Positions 12,972-23,055 of a DNA stretch of 64,000 nt are shown piece after piece. Under the pieces are notes generated by a model. That model did not search any database and was not told the origin of the DNA. It saw only the letters and a list, made by a program, of their open reading frames with translations. The translations under genes were made by a program, and so were the position numbers. Every line of letters begins with the position of its first letter. Position 1 is the first letter of the stretch. Origin of the DNA: the human T2T-CHM13v2.0 reference genome, Homo sapiens. Location of the stretch: the NCBI RefSeq assembly GCF_009914755.1, contig NC_060925.1; one strand, given 5' to 3'.

Positions 12972-14105
12972 GGAGGTGAGGAGGTAGCGGGGGTGAGGAG
13001 GTGAGAGGGTGAGGAGGTGGGGGGGTGAGGAGGTGAGAGGGTGAGGAGGTGGGGGGGTGAGGAGGTGAGAGGGTGAGGAGGTGGGGGGGTGAGGAGGTGA
13101 GAGGGTGAGGAGGTGGGGGGGTGAGGAGGTGAGAGGGTGAGGAGGTGGGGGGGTGAGGAGGTTGGGGGTGAGGAGGTTGGGGGTGAGGAGGTTGGGAGGT
13201 GAGGAGGTTGGGGGGTGAGGAGGTGAGAGGGTGAGGAGGTGGGGGGGTGAGGAGGTTGGGGGTGAGGAGGTTGGGAGGTGAGGAGGTTGGGGGGTGAGGG
13301 GGTGAGGAGGTGAGAGGGTGAGGAGATGGGGGAGTGAGGAGGTTGGGGGGTGAGGAGGTTGCGGGTGAGGGGGTGAGGAGGTGAGAGAGTGAGGAGGTGG
13401 GGGAGGAGTGGGGGGAGGAGGTAAGGGGTGAGGGGGTGAGGAGATGAGGAGGTAAGAGGGTAAGGAGGTTGGGGGGTGAGGAGGTTGGGGGGTGAGGAGG
13501 TTGCGGGATGAGGAAGTTGGGGGTGAGAAGGTGAGGAGGTGGGGGGGTGAGGAGGTTGGGAGGTGAGGAGGTGAGAGGGTGAGGAGGTCAGGGGGGTGAG
13601 GAGGTGGGGGGGTGAGGAGGTTGGGGGATGAGGAGGTGGGGGTGAGGAGGTTGGGGGGTGAGGAGGTTGGGGGTGAGGGGGTGAGGAGGTGAGAGGGTGA
13701 GGAGGTTGGGGGTGAGGAGGTTGGGGGTGAGGAGGTTGGGGGTGAGGGGGAGAGGAGGTGAAAGGGTGAGGAGGTGGGGGGGTGAGGAGGTGGGGGGGTG
13801 AGGAGGTGGGGGTGAGGGGGTGAGGAGGTGGGAGTGAGGAGGTGGGGGGTGAGGGGGTGAGGAGGCGGGGGGGTGAGGAGGTTGGGGAGTGAGGGGGTGA
13901 GGAGGTGAGGGGGTGAGGAGGTAGGGGGTGAGGTGGTGAGGAGGTGAGGGGGTGAGGAGGTTGGGGGGGTGAGAGAGTGAGGAGGTAAGAGGGTGAGGAG
14001 GTGAGGGAATGAGGGAGCGAGGAGGTGTGGGGGTAAGGAAGTGAGGAGGTGAGAGGGTGGGGAGGTGAGAGGGTGAGGGAGTGAGGAGGTGAGGGAGTGA
14101 GGGAG
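12972..14105. repeat. G-rich minisatellite/VNTR: TGAGGAGG alternating with variable 7-9 nt G-rich units
   Basis: Read directly; 32-bp higher-order unit TGAGAGGG-TGAGGAGG-TGGGGGGG-TGAGGAGG repeated perfectly at ~13002-13160; C nearly absent on the + strand. Confidence 0.97.
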
Positions 14106-14889
14106 AGCACAAGCTGAGAAAACCAACTGCCTAGGTCCTGCCCAGGGCGACCTCTCTGGCAGAGTCGCCAGGCAAGGAGGACAAAATAAGGCAATGCAAC
14201 ACTTAAATGAATAGTCAAACTTGCCCCAAATCACAATGCAGACCTTCCGGAGCCAGGCGGGATGCAGAGAGGACTCCTTTCTCCTCAACAAGGGAGGGCT
14301 GGGGAAACTCAAGTCAAGCAGATCAAAGAGTAATTTGCCTGCTTTCAAACCCAGACATCAGCTGCTGCCGTTCCTATGTGAGGAAGGGTTTACCCCACAG
14401 CCGTGGGAAGAAGGGAGCAGCAACACTTGTCCCATGTTTTGGGGGTGAGAGGGTAATGACAGGGAGACAGAGGGCCTGGGGCTGAACCCTCCACACTCCC
14501 AGCCTCAGAGAGGGGCCGGAGGGCGGTGCCCACACCCTGCACCCTCACCCGCTCACTCTTTACCCTTGTCGTGCCCCCTACTTCCCTCCAGCTTTAACAT
14601 AAGAATCAGACCAAGCAGGCAGCCCTTCTCCTCTTCGAGAGTGAAGTGACATGGGAGAGGAGGCAGGAGCCAAGAGATGCCTTGCTCACCTGGCTGTGGG
14701 CCAGGGAAGGTCTCCATAGCGTGAGGCAGCCCTGCTGGGACTCTGTTCTGGTGAGTGGCTCTCAGCTCACCTGCCTGTCGCAGCTCTTTCCTCTTGTCCG
14801 TTTCTGAGCCTGCATGGTCCCTAAAAGCTTAGTCTTTTCACCACATCTCTCTGGATAGCAGCAGCAGCCTCCAGACAGCCTGCAGACTG

Positions 14890-15112
14890 CGTGTGTGTGG
14901 TGTGTTGTGGGGTGTGGGGTGTGTGTGGTGTGTGTAGTGTGTCGGGTGTATGTGTGTGTCTGGTATGTGCGTTGCATGCATGTGGTGTATAGGAATGTGT
15001 GGTCTGGGCTCTGTGTGGTGCATGTGTGTGAGGGTAATTTTGTGGTGTGGGGTATGTGTGCACTATGTGTATAAAATTGTGTGTTGGTGGAGGGTGTGGG
15101 TTGGGGCTGTGG
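14890..15112. repeat. Degenerate (TG)n/GT-rich tract
   Basis: GTGTGTGTGGTGTGTTGTGG... read directly. Confidence 0.85.
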
Positions 15113-15817
15113 GATGATCATCACTGGAAGGTGAACCGCAGCTCCATGATAACCTTTTGTGCATACACGTCATTTGTAATTAGCCAGGTCTGGGGAGTTC
15201 GAAACTGGGAGAAGAGAAAGAAGAGAAGAGAGAAAAGGAAAATTAATGAAACAAGTAACCTGCCTTATATGGATATTTGATTTGCTTGTTTGCACATTGT
15301 TTAGTCCTTACAAGCTCTGAAAATAAAACACAAGCACAGTATCAGGCTCAATTAGGTGCTTAAGAAATATCTTTTGATGATGACAAATGGCAGGGATGTT
15401 AATGACACTGCTTCCCTCCAGCTCCTGCTGCACAGAGCGCCCTTGGCTCTTCAGACTTACAGCTCTTTGCCTGAGCTGCTGTGAGCAAGCCTCTGCTGCC
15501 CACAGGAGATGGCCCTGTGGGCAGGGCCTCCCTGTGTCTTTTCACCTTTTGAGACCACCCCATCCACCTCTTTGGGCAGCAGCTCATAGCAGGTGCTCCC
15601 TGAACATGTCTGCCTTTGACTTGAAGGGGTCGGGACGCCGCTTGAGGATGCTAAAGGGAGGCAGCTCATTGTAATGCCTTCACCTCCACCACTTCCAGGA
15701 ACTCCTCCTCTCCTTGTGGATCTCAGGGCTCATACGGTTTGCCCAGAGCCCAACAGCTACAAGTGCACTCAAACAGAACATTCCTCCGTGCGTTTGCTCT
15801 TGCAAAATGTGTGTTGG

Positions 15818-16110
<293 letters not shown>

Positions 16111-16279
16111 AAAATGTGTGTTGGATCCCATGGTTCCCCTGCTGCCCAACACACCGAGAACCAAACGCACACTTGCACGCTCGCCGTGGGGCCTCAGTCA
16201 CCTCCTGACTCCCAAACACACAGCTCTCACTGCTGCCTCCCGTGCTCCCCCAGGCCAGCGCTGGCTCTCTCAGTGCTAG

Positions 16280-16462
16280 TATCTTTTTATAAGGATACCA
16301 GTCGTGCTGCATTAGAGCCCACCCTACTCCAGCATGACCTCATCCTAACTTAACTAATTACATCTGCAGTGACCCAATTTCCAAATAAGTTCACATTCTG
16401 AATTACTGGGGGAATAGAATTTCAACATATGAATTTTGAGGGGACACAGTTCAACCCATTAC
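16280..16462 (-). mobile_element. MLT1B/C-like LTR fragment
   Basis: CCACCCTACTCCAGCATGACCTCATCCTAACTTAACTAATTACATCTGCA...GGGGACACAGTTCAACCCAT. Confidence 0.75.
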
Positions 16463-16714
16463 TGCAGCTATCCACAGAAGAAAGTCCAAATTCCTTATGT
16501 GGCATTCAAGGCCCTCTGTAATCCAATGAGATCCACGTTTCCAGCTGTTTCTCTTCTTCTTCTCCCCTAGGTGCACACATGTGATACTGTTTTGTATCAA
16601 GGCAGGATTCTGAGATTAAGTGAAGAAAGGGGAACAGTTAGGAGAGTAGCATCTGCTGAATGTTTACTAAATGCCACCGTCAATGACAAGTGTGTTTTAT
16701 CTACGTCACTCTAC

Positions 16715-16827
16715 TTTTTTTTTTTTTTTTTTGAAACAGAATCTCACTCTATTGCCCATGCCGGAGAGCAGTGGTGCGATCACGGCTCACTGCAGCCTCA
16801 AACTCCTGGGCTCAATCAATCCTCCCA
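16715..16827 (-). mobile_element. AluJ right-arm fragment
   Basis: Poly-T, then GAAACAGAATCTCACTCT...CTCCTGGGCTCAATCAATCCTCCCA, truncated. Confidence 0.85.
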
Positions 16828-17254
16828 ATGCAGCCACTGTGGAAAATGGTATAACTTTCTCAAAAATTAAAAATAGAATTATCAAATGATCCAGCACTTC
16901 CACTTCTGAGTATATACCCAAAAGAATTCTAAGCAGAGATTCAAACAGATATCTGCACACTCATATTTATAGCAGCATTATTCACAATAGCCAAGAGGTG
17001 CAAACAACCAAAGTGTCCATCAAGAGCTGAATGGATAAACAAAATGTGGTCTATCCATACAATGGAATATTACTCAGGCTTGAAAAGGAAGAAGATTCTG
17101 ATACATGCTACAACATGAATGAACCTTGAGGACATTATGCTAAATGAAATAAGCCAGTTTCAAAAGGATAAAAACTATATGATTCTACTTACATGAGGTA
17201 CATAGAACAGTGAAATTCACAGAGACAGAAAGTTGAATGGTGGTTTCCAGGGGC
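16828..17254 (+). mobile_element. L1MB/L1MA-type 3' fragment
   Basis: GCAGCATTATTCACAATAGCCAAGAGG, AATGTGGTCTATCCATACAATGGAATATTACTCAG. Confidence 0.85.
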
Positions 17255-17379
17255 AAAAAAAAAAACAAGGGAAGATTCACACTCCCTTGCAGGTTTCTCT
17301 CCACAGACCTCACCAGGTGTCAAAAAAAGAGTTCTCCAGGGGATTCCAATGTCTGCCAAGCTGTAAAGCCATCGGCCTT

Positions 17380-17620
17380 TTGGGTAGTTATCTTCATTTC
17401 TTCTTTGGGGAGAAGCTTGATTTTCTGTAAGCTGCAGAAGATAGCTCAAACCAGCAGCTCAGCCAGTTAAGGGGACGGAGGCTGCTGGTCTGCATCCTTC
17501 CAATGGTCTTTCGTCTCCCTTTTTCTCCTAACTTAAAGCTTTCATGATGGAGAAGTCTTCCCTGTTGTCTGCAATTTTCCTTCTCTCAAAACAACCTTCT
17601 GAAACCTCTTTTGGGGTGGG
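17380..17620 (+). repeat. Partial, most diverged copy (C) of the local triplicated module
   Basis: AAAGCTTTCATGATGGAGAAGTCTTCCCTGTTGTCTGCAATTTTCCTTCTCTCAAAACAACCTTCTGAAAC aligns without gaps to 18644-18715 and 22594-22665. Confidence 0.85.
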
Positions 17621-17679
17621 GTTTCAGATGTTGTGAAACCATCACATGCTTATGAACTAGCAGACATACAGCACCGGAA

Positions 17680-17908
17680 GTTGAGAGGGTGGACTGCTAT
17701 CAGACTGCCTGGGCTGAGTCCTGAGGGCACCTCTTGCTTGCTTGAATGACTTCGGGCAAGTTACTTCACCTCTCCAAGATGTCATCGGGGCTCATCAAAG
17801 TACCCGCCCCATGAGGTCTCCTTGTGAGAACAACATGAGAAAAGCCTGTGCAAAATGCTTGCCTGCCACGTAGAAAAAAAGCTTCCATAAATGTTGGTTC
17901 ATATTGTG
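17680..17908 (+). mobile_element. MIR
   Basis: CAGACTGCCTGGG...TGACTTCGGGCAAGTTACTTCACCTCTC...CATAAATGTTGGTTCATATT. Confidence 0.7.
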
Positions 17909-17914
17909 AGCTTT

Positions 17915-19105
17915 CAAATCAACCAAGTGTGAATAATTTCTACTTCATTTCATTGGCTATGGCAGGGGAATACAAAGATTTGTCAGAGCCATTTCCAGCC
18001 TACAGGAGTTTACAGCTATCTGACTTTACAGCTACGAGTGCCGTGAGAGAGCTACAAACCCAATGCTGCAGGTGTTCAAAGTCAGAGATTTAATAACCAC
18101 GGAGCCGGGAATTAGGGAAAGCCTAATGGTGAATGGATTTAAGCTGACCCCGGTGGAATATGAAGTACAAAGCTGACTTCCCTGCAACTCTGTCTGGTGA
18201 CATCCTTTTCTTTTTCCAAAGAGATACTCAAGACTCAGAGAGATTCAAAACCACCCAAGGGTCACAGGTGGTTTATCAAAACCCCCACCCCACCCCCCAA
18301 ATACACACCAAAAAGCTAGGTTTAATAATCCATGACTCAGAACCTGGAAGGCTCTCTGCAGGGCTGAGGGGCCTCGCCGGCTGTCTATGACTGCTGCCCG
18401 CCTGGCAGGCACTGACCCAGGCCCCAGGCTCCAGGACAGTGTGCTGTCAGCCAGAGGCAGCTGTCAGCCAGACCGCTCCCCTCCTCTCAGCCTGGCGGGG
18501 GTACTCAGGGTAGTTCTCTCTGTTGGGGACCCTAAGCATGAAACAGTATTGGAGGAGGCTGTGCTGAGAAACCCCCTGAGGGAGGAAGGCTGACGGTCTG
18601 TGTTCTTCTAGTGGTCTCTCTTCACCCTTTGTTCTCCTAGCATAAAGCTTTCACGATGGAGATGCCTTCCCCATCATCTGCAGTTTTTCTTCGCTCAAAA
18701 CAAGCTTCTGAGACATCTTTCCGGGGAGCTTTGGTCATTAGAGCTTGGGAGAGGGAGGCCCTTCTCTTCCGGTGTCCTCACAGGGTCTCTGTCATTTAGA
18801 TTCTTGTTGAACAACTGGGCTTTGGAGGGGGTTGGAGGAGACAGTGAGTGATGGTGCTGGGGCCCAGGGCCATTCCAAGCAGAAGAAAGGCACTAGCAGG
18901 GGCATGAGGCAGGACAGCCCAGGGCATGTGTGGACATCTGGGAAGAGTCTGTCTATATTCTGACTAGGAAGTGTACATGTGAAGGAGTGAGAGGTTAGAC
19001 TTGAAAGATGAGGGTAGGTGTGGGCCAGACTGCAGAGGGTTGTCCTTACTGCAGTGGATCACGGGGAACCATGGAAGCTTCCAGAACAAGAAGTGAGCTG
19101 AGACA
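17915..19105 (-). mobile_element. L2 relic split by a MIR fragment and module copy A
   Basis: GGGGAATACAAAGAT...CAGGAGTTTACAG before 18170; the continuation CATTCCAAGCAGAAGAAAGGCAC...GGGGAACCATGGAAG after 18860. Confidence 0.5.
18262..18840 (+). repeat. Copy A of the local triplicated ~575-bp module
   Basis: Colinear with 22216-22790 from TCAC(A/T)GGTGGTTT to TTGGAGGAG, about 80-85% identity by eye. Confidence 0.95.
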
Positions 19106-21571
19106 ACAACTGTGACATATAGTTTGTTGAGTGAATGAATGAATGAATGAGTGTCTGAGGAAGACACGACAGTGGCAGGAGGGGAGAGTCCCCTACAACA
19201 AGCCCCACAGCCCTGCTGCATATGCTTAGGTAACCAGTGTGAACTGCTCTGCAAATTCAGACCTCAAGTAAAGTCATATCTATTCTATTTTTTACAAATG
19301 AAAAATAAAGCCAGCTCAGACCTACATGCCAGAGGAATGAGAAGTCCAAAATCTCTCTCCTGGTACTCCCTGTATCCCTCCCTGCTTTTTGCTGTCAGCT
19401 GCCGTTGACGCTGGTCCTCTGAGTCTAAGACAGTGCTGACTGCTGCCCAGGTACAGGCTTCCTTGATCTCCAAGGGAGGAGTGTGCCCACATAGTGCTCC
19501 GTGGCTCCCTCAGTTCTCAGGGCTCTGGTACTCACCTCCTTCAGGCCCACACCCAGGCATCCCCCTAAGGACAGCAGTCCTAGGAGCCTCCACGGAGTCT
19601 CTCAGGCCTCCACCTCTGTGCCTTCATGTCCTGCCTTCCCTAAACACCCATCACACAGGAAGTGGGGCAACTTTCCTCTTCCAGCCTTGGGACACAGAGG
19701 ACAACAGCTTTCCTGGAAATGTGGTCACCCTAAGTATTGCCAGGGGTCCAACAGCCTCCGAATGCAAAGGGTCTAAAGACACCTTTTTCTCCAAAGATGA
19801 AGTCACTCTCCCTCTTCAACACAGAGATCCAGATCCTCTCCTGGGAACCCAACACCCCCATCCCTTTTCAGGTGTGAAAGAGGCTCCGTTTAGTGCCTCA
19901 AAAAGGACTTACTCCACTAAGAAAAACCAAGGAAATGCCAAGATCTCTTTTTGGGAGCAGAAAAAGAAGAAAAAGGGAGAAGGGAGGAATATTGAGGATC
20001 TCCCACTATGTTTATATTGTAACATTTTTCATCCTATATTATAATTTCTGCTATTTTACTTGGAATTTTCCTTAAAATTAGATATCCTTTATATAGTAAA
20101 ATCTCTAGCATATAGCATTTGTTTATTCGTTACTGAGGAGGAAGGAGAGGAAACAAAGAAGCTAGAAGATGGAAACTGAGATTTCATCTTTTGCATGGCA
20201 GGTGCCCTAAGCCTCCAACAGCCTTATAAGGAAAGTATTGTTATTATTATGATTTCACTGATTTAAAAAATTGAAGACATAAATGAGACGAGTAAGTGAA
20301 TAAATGGCAATGCCATTTCTGTCTTCCTTTCCACCATGCAAACATGGCTTACTTTCCTGAATCATAAAACATTTTTCAAGACGTCAGAGAGCCAAAAAAA
20401 GTATATTAAAAACAGATTAAAGCAGTATGGTTTCTGAACCATTCAGTAAAGGATGAAAATAGCTTTGTTATCCAGAGACTGTCTTCATAAAGTCATTATT
20501 ATCATGAGTTAGAACCTGTATTAACTCAGAAATTAAAATAGTGCTGTGTGCGGCAAATTCTGAAGACACACTCCATGATTTTCAGAGCACCTATTATTAT
20601 TCTCCTGAACTTTAGCTGGATCTGAATGATTTACCATAAGAGGATCCTGTTTAAATGTTCTACTTCACAAAGAAAAAGTAATAAAATTGGATGATTCTGA
20701 AAACCTTATTTTTATATTAATTAGGAATGAAGTACAAACTCTAGAATAATCAGTCCAATGCTGGCATTTAGAAAGAAAAAGAAGTCCTCACACGTACTCC
20801 CCAGGTTTCCCAGGGGACAGTTCTGGGACCTCAAGCAGACTTGGAACAGTCCCTGTGGAAGAAAGTCATTTACAGGCTTGATTCTAATTGATCCCAACAG
20901 CAGCAGCTGTAACCATATACTTTTAATCAAATCTAAAGGCAAACTTAGGACAAAATATGTGTTCTTCTACTAAAACACACAGTGCATTTTTCTGAACTAT
21001 ATGATTACATTTTCTGGAAAGGTCTTGGGGAATTATTCTTGTTCTAACCTCTGAGAGATATTGCCCTCTGTATTTGGCAGTCTCTGTGTCTGTTTCTGAT
21101 CTTCTGTTCTGGGGCACCTCACTCTGACGGGTCCCTTTAGGGCTGGAGTTTGCCACATGGTCACAATCTTCAGCCGTGGGGTGGAGACTCTTTGACAGGT
21201 GATCCCTTGTCTGCTGAGCTCTGCCCAGCCCTGTGAGGAGAAAGGCAGCTAGCCTGCACAGCCTGGTGCTCCAAAGATGGATCCTCTCAGAACAAAGGGG
21301 AGCAGGTGTAGGGACAGATGCCACCTGTAGCAACAGCTTTCATCCAGAAGGGGTCCCCAAGCTAATCCAGTGCTTGGTACATTTGCATTCTCCCATTAAT
21401 ATCACAGGCACAATACTTTAGGTGAGAAAGAGAAGACCACAAATGAACAGAGATCCTTCCATATTTGCTTCACGGAAGCCCTCCCCTGAGCTACCTGAGG
21501 GTAGGTATAATACCTTATCTCTCACTCACAACACCTGCAATAACAGGTACATGACAGATGATGAAAGGGGC

Positions 21572-21943
21572 TGTATTAGTCTATTTTCACACTGCTATAA
21601 AGAACTGCCAAAGACTGGGTAATTTATAAAGGAAAGAGGTTTAATTGACTCAGTGCCACATGGCTGGGGAGGTCTCAGGAAACTTACAATCATGGCAGAA
21701 GGCAAAGGGGAAGCAAGGCACCTTCTTCACAAGGTGGCAGGAAGAAGTGCCGAGCAGAGGGAGAAGAGCCCCTTATAAAACCATCAGATCTAGGGAGAAC
21801 TCACTATCATGAGAACAGCATGGGGGAAACAACTGCCCTCGTGATTCACTTACTCCTCCTGGTCCCACCCTTCACATGTGGGTTTTATGGGGATTACAAT
21901 TCAAGATGAGATTTGGGTGGGGACACAAAGCCAAACCATATCA
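21572..21943 (-). mobile_element. THE1D-like MaLR solo LTR
   Basis: TGTATTAGTC...CAGGAAACTTACAATCATGGCAGAAGG...GATGAGATTTGGGTGGGGACAC...CCAAACCATATCA. Confidence 0.9.
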
Positions 21944-22215
21944 TTGATGAATAAAGGAAGGAAAGGAGGGAGGGAAGAAAGGAGAGAGGGAGGGAGAGAC
22001 AGAGGGAAGGAAAGGAATCCCAAGAATGAAAAGTTCAAGTTATGAGAAAGGGCTTCTTTAAAACCAGAGATCAAATACAACCCTAGGGGAGCAATGAATG
22101 GAGCTATTTCCATTCTCAATGAACTCTCATTCAGGGAGGAGCCCACACATGCTAAAATATCATCCGCCAGGGTAAGAGTTCGCATTTTCATAAAGGATCA
22201 TGTAATTAAGTTGAT

Positions 22216-22790
22216 TCACTGGTGGTTTGTAAAAACCCTCATCCTTGCCACCCCTCACTCTCTACACACGCACCAAAAATCTAGGTTTAATAATCCATGT
22301 CTCTGGTCCTGGAAGGCTCTCTGTGGGGCTGAGGGGCCTGGCTAGCTGCCTGTGGCTCCAGCCCACCTAGCAGGCACCTTCCCAGGCCCCAGGCTCCAGG
22401 AGAGTGTGCTGTCAGCCAGAGACATCTGTCACAGTCAGACCGCTCCCTTCCTCCCAGCCTGGGGGACCACACAGGGTAGTTCTCTCTGTTGGGGACCTTA
22501 AGCATGAAACAGAATTGGAAGAGACTGTCCTGGGAAACCACAGGGCGGGGGAGGCTGATGGTCTGTGTTCTTCACCCTTTGTTCTCCCAGCATAAAGCTT
22601 TCACGATGGAGACGCCTTCCCCGTGGTCTGCAGTTTTCCTCCTCTCAAAACAAGCTTCTGAAACATCTTTTGGGGGAACTTTGGTAATAGAGCTTGGGAA
22701 AGAGAGGCTCTTCTCTTCCAGTTGTCCTCACAGTGTCTGTGTTATTTAGGTTTCTATTGAACAAATGGGCTTCAGGAGTGTTTGGAGGAG
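22216..22790 (+). repeat. Copy B of the local triplicated ~575-bp module
   Basis: Colinear with 18262-18840; lacks 14 bp between TCTTC direct repeats that are present in copy A. Confidence 0.95.
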
Positions 22791-22862
22791 GGCACTTAGC
22801 AATTTGAAGTGGCCCAGGAATGTCAAGCATCCAGATGCACCTGGAATATTAGGAGTTTAAAT

Positions 22863-23055
22863 CAAGTACTGGCAAATTGCAGCTTGCCGGCCAATCCAGC
22901 CCTTGGCCTGTTTTTGTATGAGCAGCAAGCTAAGATGGTTTTTATATTTTCAAAGGATTCCAAAACAAAGAAGAAGGTACAACGGAGATACACGTGGCGT
23001 GCATATCCTAAAATCGTTACTCTGGCCCTTCATAGAATAAGCTTGCAAGCCCCTG
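22863..23055. mobile_element. MER58-like hAT-Charlie DNA transposon fossil
   Basis: GGCAAATTGCAGC...CCTGTTTTTGTA...AGCTAAGATGGTTTTTA...CTGGCCCTTCATAGAATAAGCTTGCAAGCCCCTG. Confidence 0.75.

Noticed and set aside
12972-14105. CRISPR-like repeat-spacer array or PRDM9 motif array
   Set aside because: The units are 8 bp and the spacers are variants of the same motif in eukaryotic DNA with no cas genes. The units I spot-checked gave only near matches to CCNCCNTNNCCNC.
12815-14348. 467- and 468-aa Pro/Ser/His-rich minus-strand ORFs
   Set aside because: They are open in several frames only because the C-rich repeat strand rarely forms stop codons. The starts are non-ATG and there is no domain or frame preference.
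19433-20044. 203-aa ORF, and similar ORFs at 9922, 50704 and 61554
   Set aside because: There is no recognisable domain and several have non-ATG starts. Their lengths are compatible with chance in GC-rich DNA.
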